From Macrostomum lignano (taxonomy: Eukaryota), in NCBI GenBank assembly GCA_002269645.1, contig NIVC01001512.1:211368-275367 (forward strand): DNA of 64,000 nt, read 5' to 3'. Shown here in pieces: positions 22,881 to 33,937 of the stretch. A program made the position numbers and the translations under genes. Within the stretch, counting starts at the first letter, position 1. Each line of letters starts with the position of its first letter. The notes beneath the pieces were generated by a model. The model had not been told where the DNA came from. It saw nothing but the letters and a program-made list of their open reading frames with translations, and made no database searches.

Positions 22881-25800
22881 TCACGACTTCTTGTTCTTCG
22901 ATCTTAGGTTGTAGCCGTGCGTCTGTGGCTGACCTGGTGGCTCATCAGTGGACGTGGTTTGCAGCGCGATGGACTTGCTCAATTGCGGCCGATGGTTGTG
23001 GTGGACCTGAATGTCATCAGTTGTGAACTCAGGTAGGTGACTAGGTCCAGCGCTGAGTCCATCTCCAGGCCATGGTTTCAGCTTGGAGGCATGTACCACG
23101 ATTGGTCGTTCGCTTGGCCGGTTGACATCAGAAATCAGTGCGTTCTGATCGGAGAGCCATGCTAGTAGACGCATTGGGCCACGATAAGGATTGGAGAATT
23201 TTGTCTCCTTCGTTGCTGAGACATCCAAATAGCATCGTGCACCGGGCGTATGTAGCGGCTGTTGGTCTTCTTATCAGAGTTTTCAGCGCGCTGTTCAGCT
23301 GAGTTGTGCAGAAGTTCCTTGGCGACTTCTCTGGCAAGCAGAATAGCTGAACAGGTCAAATTGACTGGTTTAATAACGTCCATGTATGCAGTTGTCTGGT
23401 GTTCCATGATCCGTGCGTTGGGTGGCAGAAAGTCTCGAGCGAAGAACAAGTAGAATGGTGATTCGTTCATCGTTGAGTGAGTGGCGGTATTGATTGCTAG
23501 TGTCACCGCGGGTAGGAAGTCAATCCAGAGATCTGGTTTGTCATGGACAAAGGCCGTAAGAGTTTGCTTCAGTGTCTTGTGTGCGCGTTCGACGAAGTTG
23601 CTGGATGGTTGGTACACCGAGGTGTAGATCAGGTGTATTCCAAGGGCACCCATAAACTCTCGAAATTCTTGCGAGATGAATTGGGGTCCGTTATCTGAGA
23701 TGATGTGTGCTGGTAGTCCTGCGAAGGCGAACACGCGGTTGAAGAGACTGTTGCAGATGGTTGCAGAAGTTGTCTCAGTTAGCGGGATTGTGAACAGGAA
23801 TTTGCTAACGCCGCATTGGGCTGTGAGTATGTACTTGTAGACGTCGCGGCCGTGTGAAGCTGGTGGCAGTGGACCTACAAGGTCGATAGCCAAATGAGAG
23901 AAAACCTCGTTGAATTTGACGGCTTTGTGCAGCGGTCGCAGTCGAGGTGCTGTTTTCGCTTTGTGGCAGATTTCGCAGTTGTTAATGAAATTGAAGACGT
24001 CTTGCCGTAGTGTAGGCCAGTAGTAGAAATGACTGATTTTGTCTGCTGTCTTTTGGTGACCTAGATGACCACCAAGGGCTGTCGAGTGGTTACTTGTCAA
24101 AAGAGCTTCACGGTAGCGTGTTGGTATCACGAGGCGGCTTCGTCCTTCGTCATCTTCAAAGTATAGAGTGTTTCCGTCCAGGAAATAACGTGCCAGGTGT
24201 CGGCGAACATATTGTTGGTCTTTCTTGGACAGCTCGTGAGTGGGTGATTTTTCCGATAGAAGTGCTTTGATTGTTGACAGTAATGGGTCTTGATCAATGG
24301 CATCCTGCAGTCCGTTGAATGTTGACAGCGATTGTATCTGACAGACTTTGGGGATGCGTGAAAGGCAGTCCGCTACTACATTTGATTTGCCTTTCACATA
24401 GTTGAGAGTGAAGTTGTAATCTTGTAGCGCTAGAATCCACTTCTGAAGTCGTTTTGAAATTGGCTGCTTGTCACTGAATAGACTCTTGAGTGGCTGGTGA
24501 TCAGTGAAGACGTGGAACTGTTGATAAGAAGCGTAGAGGAACACGTGTAGCTTCTTTATTGCCCAATAGATGGCGTATGCTTCGCGTTCGATCGGTGGAT
24601 AGCGTTGTTCAATTGAGCTTAACGTCTTAGAGATGTAGGCAACCGGGCGTTGGTGGTTGCTGTCGTCTAGCTGTGAGAGTACTGCTCCAATGGCGGTATC
24701 CGAGGCATTAGTGTGAAGGAAGTACGGTTTTCGCGGATTTGGATGAACCAGTAGTATATCCGTAGAGAGAAGTTGTTTCAGCTTTTCAAAGGCTGTTTGC
24801 GCAGCGTTTGTCCAGACGAATTTGTTGGGTTTTGAAGTGTTTTTGATAATACTCAGAAGTGGTTGTACTACTCGTGAGTAGCCAGCAATGTGCGTTCGGT
24901 AGAAATTTGCAAGTCCAAGGAAAGATTGTAGTTGTTTTAACCGTTTGAGGCACAGGGAAGGTCTTGATTTTCTCGATGAGGCTGGGTGCGGGTCTAATGC
25001 CTTGAGCAGAAACCACAAATCCAAGATATTGTACCTCTGTTTTAGCAAAGATGCATTTTCGTAGTGAAATTCGCAATCCATGATGTCGTAACTTTTGGAA
25101 GAAGCGTTCGATTTCTTTGAGCATGCCGGTGAAGTCTTCGGCGATGAGCATGACGTCATCCAAGTAGGCAATCTGATTTGGAGAGTCAGCTGTTAACAAT
25201 GCTACAAGACGGCACATTAAGCTAGGACTGGACTTGAGTCCTTGTGGTAGTCGATTGAATTCCCAAAGTAGGCCGTTGGGTGCAATGAACGCAGTGTATT
25301 TTGTGCTTTCTGGATCGATCCGAACTTGGTAGAAAGCATCTGCTAGGTCACAGAGTGTGTACAGTTTAGCGTTCTTCAATCGATGTAGCAAATCCGGAAT
25401 CTTCGGAGGTCGGATGCTAGGAGCACGAATTAGCTTGTTCAGTTTTCGGTAATCCGTCACGAGTCTTAGTTGTCGGCGACCTTGAGCGTCGAGCGTCTTC
25501 TTTTCCACGAGAAGACATGGACTCGAGTATTCAGATTCACTCGGACTGATGATTCCCTTTTGACGGAAGTTTTCGATAAGTTCGTCAAACCGTTCTTGTA
25601 GTCCATGAGCGATTGGATAGGGTCTGGACGTGACTGGCTCAGAGTGTGGGTGTAGATGCAGGTGAGCCGTGTATTGGGTAGAGCAACCCATGTCGGTTGG
25701 CAGTAGTGCCAAGACGTCGCGGTACTTGTTCATTAGAGTACTAATTGTTCACTCTGCTCGGTTGAGAGGTGCTGGTTGGCTTGCTTGAGTTGAGTACGGA

Positions 25801-26530
25801 TCATGTCAGTCGTTGGTGTTTCTTGCTGCAGCGTGCGTAGATTGTTGATTTGAGCTGCTGGTCGTACGATGTTGTAGTCAGACATGTTAGCCAGATTTCC
25901 AATGACTTGTTGAGGATGCAAGGTTTGCGTTGTCAGCGACGGGTTGGCAATTTCCACAGTGATAGTTTGTCCGTCCGGGTTGACAGAAACAAGGCAAGTT
26001 GGTATCATCAACTGGTGTTTCTGGATCGTGTGGTCCTTAGGGACGAACAGGACAGGAATCGTTGGCTCATGTCGAGAAGAGAGTTTCAGCGTGACTTGGT
26101 GCGTTGTCTGTGGTGGTAACTCTAGCTTGTTTTGCATCACCGCAGAGGTTTCTTGCAACTGTTGGATGGAGTTGAGCATCGCAAATTGCTCATTGCCAAG
26201 CTTAGCTGTCGCTTTCGAGTAGTCGAATTGTAGTGGTATTCCCAGTGACTTAAAGGTTTCTACTCCTAAGAGTAAATCATAGTCAGCGTCGGGGGTGTCG
26301 AGCACAAAGGCCGATATCTTGTGGTTGCGTCCATCGATTTCGAGATCAAAAGTGGCCTTTTTGTTGAGGTTTAGTTGTTGTCCTCCCGCACAAATGGCGT
26401 TCATGTTGGTGTCTTGTAGTGGTACTCGAAGCTTCTTGGCGAATGCCGGTGAGATGCAGGAGATCGAGGCGCCGCTGTCAATGAGGGCGGTGCATCTGTG
26501 TCGAGTATGCGGTGCGTTGCGGCACCACAG
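22881..26530 (-). CDS. pol: pol region: aspartic protease, RT, RNase H, integrase with GPY/F-like tail; interrupted by 1-nt frameshifts at ~25733, ~24935 and ~23235
   Basis: LIDSGAS (26468-26479), RLVTDYRKLN, DLADAFYQ, LPQGLKSSP, YLDD (25155-25166), RH SQ..RPVAY/TDHQPL/VADCLSR, HHCC zinc finger, IDLVGP..SDNGPQF..ERAHKTLK, NPYRGPMR..VHASKLK. Confidence 0.95.
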
Positions 26531-26829
26531 GTTGATCATAGTTGCTGTTGTTAGATGCTTCAAAACAAAGGCGTATGAGTAGTTTGCTGGCCATTTTGGA
26601 ACTTTAGGTTCTGGCGGTGGTCTCCGTGGTGGCGGAAGGGTGGCACGAAGTTCAATCGTTTCGATGGGTGCCGAGGGTGTTGGCGCTTGTCTCGGTGGTA
26701 TCAGTTGCTGTTGTTGGGAGTAGTCGTTTCGTGATTCCACTCGAGTTGGAGTTCGTTGTTGCCGCAGCACTTGTATAGTGTGCGTTCTGCCGTAACGGAT
26801 GGTGCTGGCAACGCATAGTCGGCCAAGAT

Positions 26830-29445
26830 TGCACACGAAGATAATAACGGCAATGTAGACAATAACAGCTGCTGTTAATACGAACTTTTCTTGATAGTTT
26901 GCGACTAGTCGATCCCAGTTGAATATCGACGAAGACCATAGGTTGAGGAGAGCTAGTTTTGAGTCCAGGAATGCACTGTCAGCATGTGCTGTTCTATGTC
27001 GTGTTCGATTCGGAAGTTTGAAAACCGTAATCAGAAAATCACGAGTTTGCATGAACTGGTGCATTAGGTCGGTCACCGTTATCGGACTACGAAGTGAAGT
27101 ATAATTGATATCTCCCATAGGTTTGGAGATGCTTTCGGAGACTGAAGTTTGCAAATCGGACAACCGATAGTTTTCATCGGATCTGACATTAGCGGTTGTG
27201 GGTTCAAATCTCGAAAAATTTAGTGTGGTCTTGAATAGCATCGATTGTTTAGGCAGGTAGTAGTATGGGAAGGCGTCGCATGAGATTAGAGCTGGAGTAG
27301 CTGTGGAGGCAATACGAGTCGTTGTATCCAAAAATCCAAGAACAGTATAATTTTGTAGGCGGAATTCCAGTGGGGGGCGCGTGAAGCATTGGTTCGTCTT
27401 GTACTTTGGTTGGACAAAGCGAAATTTGTGTAGAGGTTTGCACTGGTAGACGAAGAGGTATCCAGCAATGGATCTAGCTCGCAGGAAAGGATCATTTAAT
27501 AAGAGTCGAGCAGCAAGCGTTGGTTGTGTGTAGTATAGCTGTCGGTTGTACTTGAGATTAGTTGCGTACATCATGCATTGAGTAGTTGCAGCTGTCTGTA
27601 CTTGGAGAAGGTCTTTTCGAGCTTTACTAGCAGCTCCTTGTAGTTGTCCAGCAAGAAGTTCAGCGGATGCGAACGTTGATGAAAGTTGCGCAGTAGAGTT
27701 GCCTGAAGGGGCTGCGATGGTTTTGTCATCTGTGCTTCGCTTGTTGCGTGGTAGTAGTAGGAGATCCGGTTGACCACCTTGTGGTTCGTGATATGGAACT
27801 GCTAGATTCGTATGAATAGAAGCCAGTTGTGGATCTGTTGTTGTCGCTGGTGAGTTTGTCGTGAAGGTTGAGGTTGCAGACTTTGCTGGTGCACTGGTTG
27901 TGCTGCTAGAGGTTGAGGTTGTTGGCGGTAAAGTGGTGGTGGTACGAGGTTGTGTCGTCACTTTTGTTGTCGTCGTAGTTGGACCTGCTGTTGTTGTTGC
28001 TGCTGAGGTTGTAGCAGTTGTGGTTGTTGAAGTTGTCGGTGTTACGGTTGTGGTAGGTATTGTTGTCGTTGTAGTCGGTGGCATTGTCGTCGTAGCTGGT
28101 GGTGTTGTCATTGTAGTCGGTGGTGTTGTCGTTGTCAAAATTGTAGTTGTTGGTGTTGATTTTGTAGTAGTTAGTATCGTAGTTGTTGGCGTCATTGTTG
28201 TAGAAGTGCTTGACGTCGGTGGATGATCAGGTCGTTCTTGTCGTAAAGGTTGCGGCGGTAGGAATTGTCGTGACTGAGTTGTCGTAGTGAAAGGATGTTG
28301 AGTCGTCGATTGCTGAACGGGTAATATTGTTGGTGGCGTTGGTAGTATCGTTGGTGGTGAACGACGTTTTTGTCTCGAAGAAGTGGTTTCTTCGCTAGTT
28401 TGAGGTTTTGGAGTAGCTTCTTCTAATGGGCTTCGTAAGGTGGCGAGAAATTCTGCTTCTTTGTTGTCGAGGATGTCTACGTATAGACCTTGCGTTGAAA
28501 GGTACAACGTCTTACGGACGCCAGTGCAGGTGAGAGTGTGAGTCGACGGCACTGGGTTGAAGGTTAGTCCCAATGTTTGATCATTAGTTAAGAACAAGCC
28601 GGAGTTTAAGTTGCCTTCAAGAGTACGAAATGGTTTTAAAGGACAATCAGCGAGTGGTGGAGGTGTCCAAATAAGATTTAGATGTCTTGGTCCTTTCACG
28701 TCAATTTGGTAGATTGCTTCAGTTTCCAAAGGATCCCAGGGGATGTTAGTATCGGCAAAGGTAGGTTGAAAGCTCGCATTTCTTGTGCAGTTGTTTTAAT
28801 TGTACAAAATTTGTCGGCGAGTTTGCAGTTGTCATTGGGAAGGACAAAGATTCCATTTTTTGATCTGCTGTTGAGTAGGCTGGGATTCCGGTGATCACTG
28901 TTGTTACTATTTGTTCTGAATGGAACCAGGAGTGCAACGCACAGCATTTTGCGTGTTGAATGTCGATTGCAGGCGTTGGATAGACTGAGTTGACGCAGTC
29001 TTTAACACTAATGATCCATCAGGCGATAGCTTTGTTCGTGCCCAGTTTTCACAATCAGCTTGAGTGACTGGTTGCGGTTCCAACTCTACCAGGGCGGATG
29101 TCCAGGTTCTTATCACCGCCTTATCACATCTGATAGTGATTTTCTCGCGGAAACAGACAGTCATAACCAGAGAACTGGTTTCCACGTTCGTTGTGTAAAG
29201 TTCCAGTTTCAACGGGAGTGTCGGCGTCGTTTGGTGTTTGAGCTGTTCACAACGGATCTCATGTGGTATCGTGAAAATTCGTGGGATCTGGTTGTACGGA
29301 CAGACCATTGGTGTGTCAATGAAGCCCTCGTGAGATTGTCTCTCGATCGATGGTGGAGTTGACGTCGTTATCGGCGTAGCGTTGGCTAGTGCGAAGAGTG
29401 AAGTTGCTAGGCACAGGAGAAAAAGTGCCAGTAGTGATCGGCGAA
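26830..29445 (-). CDS. env: Envelope-like glycoprotein (class III, gB/chuvirus-G-like) embedded in the polyprotein; ~3 frameshifts at 28780-28945
   Basis: Internal signal peptide RRSLLALFLLCLATSLFALANA, Cys-patterned ectodomain (PMVCP..IPHEIRC, LELYTTN, VCFREK, ADCENW, NCKLADKFC, LIWTP..C, LLAGQLQ, QPTLAARLLL, YQCK, CFTRP, GFLDTTTRI..SC), furin sites RQKRR and RNKR, TM FVLTAAVIVYIAVIIFVC. Confidence 0.75.
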
Positions 29446-29449
29446 TTCC

Positions 29450-31285
29450 AACGGAAGCTTTCACGGTTTTCTCGCGGTTGTTGTTGCTGGTCGGTGGAGT
29501 GTAGGTGTCAGTCATTCTTTCAACCGTACAAAGGCGGATAGAGTTGATAGTCGCAGAAGCAGTAGTCGGTTTTTTGAGTAAGGATTTCAGCTGCTTAGCG
29601 TCTCCAGAGTAGCGAATTTCGTTTCCAAAAGTCGGTGGGCGTTCATCAACTGTAGCAATGTGCATCAGTTGGGCAGACTCGGGAGCGTCGTGAGTCGTCC
29701 ATCCAATCTGCGGCTGTTGATTCCATCCTGGGTGGGACGTTTCAGGGTCCTGAGCAGTGATGGCGCGTATCGGTGGATATTGTTGTTGCGCAAATCTCGG
29801 AGGTTGTCGTTGATTGTTGGCGCCGTTGTATCGAGGCGGATAGCGTTGCTGAGGCCGGTTTCCATAGTCTTGACGGGGTGGAAATCGTGATTGTTGTGTC
29901 GCCGGTGGACCGTAGCCTTGTGTACGTTGGGCTCGTAGTCGGCACTGGTTAATAGAGTGTCCTGGTTTTCGGCAATAGTTACAGGTCAATCGTGGCGGTC
30001 CCTGCTGGTAACGATTCGCGGGGCATCAGAGCCGTATTGGCTGTGTTCCTTCGATCGCTTGAGTTAGGTCGGAAGGGACGAGGTTGTTGTCATTCCTTCG
30101 ACGACAGTCGGCGGCATAGTGTCCAGGTCGACCGCAATGATAACAAGTGGGCTTCTGTTGCATATTAGCGATAGGTGGCTTGGTTTGTGTTTGCAGGGAG
30201 GCAACCACCTGCTGATTGGCTTCCTTCGTCGTTTTTTCTAAGGTAGTTAGACGCTCTGTGAGAGCTTTCAAGTCAGTGCCATCAGAGTCCATGGTGGAGT
30301 CGCGGATTTGTTCGGCGCGGATGGCCTTGTTGATTAGCGTACTTTCCGTGGTGATATTTTGCTTCAAGAGTTCTCGTTTGATGTAGGGTAGAGCATTGTT
30401 GATAGTCGTAGCCATCAGGGTAGCAAGGAAGTCTCGGTTGCGCTGGTCGATGACAGCTTGGTTCGCGGGTGGTGTTTCCGGACCGGCACCTTCCGGAAAT
30501 TCTTCCGGTATTTCCGGCATAGCTGACCTGAGCTTTCGACGAATATCGGTGAAATAAGACAGGAACGGTTCGCCGTACTGTTGTTTCCGGGTTGTTGCAT
30601 TATGCAGCGTTAGAGCCGAGCCAATGGTTACTTCCCGAAGGCGTTGAGACAGTGCCTCAATGGTGGCTGGATAAGAGGCTTGGACTGCGGCAGAGAGGCG
30701 ACTATATTCGAGTTTAAGAAGGTCATTCAGTAGTCGCGGGAAGAGCCGAATCTTTGCGTTCTCCGATAGTCCAAAGGAGCGTGTGATCAAGTCGAACTCT
30801 TCAGTGAAGGAACGGAAGTCATGCATTTGGTCGATTCCTTTCAGGGATTGACGAATTTCAGCAAGAGCAGTAGCTGAGACGGGATGGTTTGATTGCAATT
30901 GCAGACTGCGGTTCATAACATCAGTAAGTTCACGGACAGCATTTGTCGCTGCAGCATCAACATGGGGAGCGCCGTCCTGATCAGCCATATCTAGAGTAGA
31001 TTCTTCAGCAATATCGTTTGGGGCTTGTTGAACTGTTTCGTCCGCGTCTGTTAGGATGGAACTGGGTGCTGGTGAGTGTGCACGGTTGTGTTCAAAATGA
31101 TCCGCGAGAGGGTTATTAAACTCAACGTTATCTGGTATAAACAGGTTAGGTACTGGTGAACTATTTCGTGGGAGCTGTTCACCTATTTGGCGGTCAGAAG
31201 TTTCTAAATTTTGTTCAGGGGGTCTGTTAATATTTGAGCTTTGAAAAACTGGTCCGGAACGTAAATCTCGGACAGGTGTGGTCAT
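29450..31285 (-). CDS. gag: gag with two CCHC zinc knuckles; an in-frame TGA at 30026-30028 separates the knuckles
   Basis: ATG at 31285, retrotransposon capsid-like core (FRSFTEEF...KIRLFPRLL...RKQQYGEPFLSYFTDI), CYHCGRPGHYAADC and CNYCRKPGHSINQC. Confidence 0.85.
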
Positions 31286-31495
31286 TAACAAGAATTCAAT
31301 CAATAATTTCAAGGCAACAATAGCACAAAAGTGTAACTAATAGCAAAGTAGAGTGTCAAATTCAAAGTGAGCAAACGGCAATGGCTTTCAGGGTTGCGGT
31401 TGGCGGACTGGCTGGAGAAGGGAGAAAAAGAGAGACTGTGTAATTTTTTTTTAACTGTAATCTGCGACGAGCTTTGAAAATCGAAGTAATTTTGA

Positions 31496-31735
31496 ATTGA
31501 ACTGCCTTTTGATTGGTTCTGAAACTTTGAATTTTGAAATTTTGAACTCGGAAATCTTGAATTGAACTGCCGTTTGATCGGTTCTGAAACTTTGAATTTT
31601 GAAATTTTGAACTCGGAAATTTTGAATTGAACTGCCGTTTGATCGGTTCTGAAACTTTGAATTTTGAAATTTTGAACTCGGAAATTTTGAATTGAACTGC
31701 CGTTTGATCGGTTCTGAAACTTTGAAACTGAATTT
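31496..31735. repeat. 65-bp tandem repeat (~3.7 copies) in the element leader
   Basis: ATTGAACTGC at 31496, 31561, 31626 and 31691. Confidence 0.9.
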
Positions 31736-32453
31736 GATAAAGGAGCTCCTGAATGTTGGACTAGACGGACATCAGTGGTGGCCAATAAAAATCGAATTTG
31801 TATCATTGAAATCGGCAGTTTTCTTTTTCTTGAAGTCGGCAGTTTATTCTTTTGAAGTCGGCAGTTTTCTTCTGAGAATTTGTTCTGGCTTTTTGAATTT
31901 CGAATTTGAATTTTGAACTATCTGACGAGTTTCAGCTAGGGGGTTGATTTCATAATTTTAAGCAAACGTAGAGTAATGTTTTTGTAGTTTTGTAAATTTG
32001 CTATTTTTTAATTTTTGAAAATTTTATAATTTTTATTGATCGGACTGATCATTTTGTAACTTTAACATGATAAGAGCAGTACGGGTTGTACGAAATGAAC
32101 TATAAGCAATGGTATTGTTTTTTGTGTTTTCAAGTTTTATTATTTTTTGCGATCTAATGATCATTTTGAGTTTGTCGCAGGCTACGAAAATACTATGTGA
32201 ATAGTCTAGCATAGATGAAGCGAAGAAGAGTAAATGGAGACGTGCGTTTTTTTGAGGTTTTAAATTTTTTGTATTTTTTTGTCGATCAAATGATCATTTT
32301 CAAAGTAGGGTGTACACCATGCAGTTTAAAGTAACAGAAAGTGAATTGGAAATGAGACTATGATCAAAAGACAATGAGAGAGTATAGTATATTTACAGGG
32401 CCCAAGGGGGGCTGATGCTGAGGCGATAGAAATTGCGGCTTATGGGGGGGGAA

Positions 32454-33263
32454 TCAATCAGGACGACCACCGCATGCGGAGGCGAGGAGTTTGGGGCAAG
32501 GAGAGTCGCTAACGTCGAAACAGGGGTCGTCGGTGAAGTCGGGGTGGCCAACTATATGTTCCCGGTGGAACCGAGGGAGGGTGAGGAAATGAGCTTCAAT
32601 GGCCTGACCTCTAGAACTGCCGCGATGGCGCGTCCAGGTCGACCAGAAGTGGTAGCGAAGTTGGTAAGAGGCAAGGTGGAACAGGCTTAAGGGTGAGTCG
32701 GAAACGGGGGGAACAAAGCTCTGGAGCAATAGTTCGTGGCGTTCACACTCCTCGTCATCAATTTTGCGACAGTATATTCGGCGGAGATCTTTGTAGCGAA
32801 GAGGAACGCCGGTATGAAAATCAACGCAACGCAGAGCGCGGAAGAGTAGCTCGAAGTTCTGGCATCGGAGGGCTATATCGACGATTGCGGACTTAAAAGC
32901 TCCTTGCAGGGGCGGCAGATGGAAGCCTTCGAGATGGAATAGCATATTGTCTATCTGCCCCGGGATGTGGCATTGGAGGCAGTCATAAATGTGGGTCAGG
33001 TAGGAATCAGTAATGGCGAGGACAAACTTGGTTACGGGACCAGGGCGTCCATTACAACTGAAGAGATCGTGAAACAGGGAATCCGGGATTGCGGGCTTGA
33101 CGGTTTGAGGAAGCGGAAAGGGCGAGAGATAGGAGGGGCAATAGTAAATGAAACTGCGGCGATGTTGGCAATAATACGTCTGACACTGGCAATCAAATAG
33201 TGGGACATCATCAGGGGCAGTAAGGGATGCGGCTTCAGCGTAGATACGTGCGAAAGTAGTCAT
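32454..33263 (-). CDS. 269-aa unknown Cys/His-rich accessory ORF upstream of gag
   Basis: ATG at 33263, uninterrupted and non-repetitive; BC-box-like PLSLFHLASYQL at 32658-32693. Confidence 0.7.
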   Translation of the reverse strand: MTTFARIYAEAASLTAPDDVPLFDCQCQTYYCQHRRSFIYYCPSYLSPFPLPQTVKPAIPDSLFHDLFSCNGRPGPVTKFVLAITDSYLTHIYDCLQCHIPGQIDNMLFHLEGFHLPPLQGAFKSAIVDIALRCQNFELLFRALRCVDFHTGVPLRYKDLRRIYCRKIDDEECERHELLLQSFVPPVSDSPLSLFHLASYQLRYHFWSTWTRHRGSSRGQAIEAHFLTLPRFHREHIVGHPDFTDDPCFDVSDSPCPKLLASACGGRPD

Positions 33264-33655
33264 GTTGAAATTATAATGAGTGAATTAAAGCACTTTAATT
33301 TAATTTACAGTGTTACCAAGTTGCTGGAACGGTAGAGACTGGATGTGAAGAGTGTCGTTCTTGCAGTTGGCTTCGGTAGTACTGGAGAGGAGATTAACTC
33401 AAGAGTGCAGGATTCTGTCAATCTATAGTGCTGCAAAAGTGCTAGTATAATAGTGCTGTTGATGGCGAATTCTGAAGGGAGTTGGGAACAGAGTTTGCGG
33501 CGTCCTCATTGGTTGGTTAGGGGGATTCCAAGCCATGCCTGGGAGACGGGGCGGTTATATTGGTGAAACTGAAGGGGGACGGGTAAGGCTTGCTACTCCT
33601 TCGCGACTCCGCTACTTCAAACACTCCCGGACGACGATTGCTCGACTTATTCATT

Positions 33656-33937
33656 ATGGCTATGCAAGCTCAACTCGAAAGGACGAGGAAGACGGCGGAT
33701 CAATGGTGGTGGCTCTGTCGGCGGTTGTGGGAACTCGAATTGCTGCTGGAGGACGGTTGGCCCCGCGACACGAAGCGGGGTGCTCGGCGGGGTTTGCGAC
33801 TCCTGTCAGCGTTCAGGCGGCTAGTCACACCCGTCCGTAAGTGGTGTGAGCGCCGCCTCGAATGGTGGCAGGAGCTCCAGCATGTGGAAGAAGAGATTGT
33901 CGCAGGACGCCGTTGGGGTAATTTTATCTTAGTTTAA
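33656..33937 (+). CDS. 93-aa Trp/Arg/Leu-rich helical ORF, antisense within the element leader
   Basis: ATG at 33656, weak TATA-like TTATAT at 33555-33560 with an upstream ATTGG; amphipathic-looking sequence. Confidence 0.35.
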   Translation: MAMQAQLERTRKTADQWWWLCRRLWELELLLEDGWPRDTKRGARRGLRLLSAFRRLVTPVRKWCERRLEWWQELQHVEEEIVAGRRWGNFILV

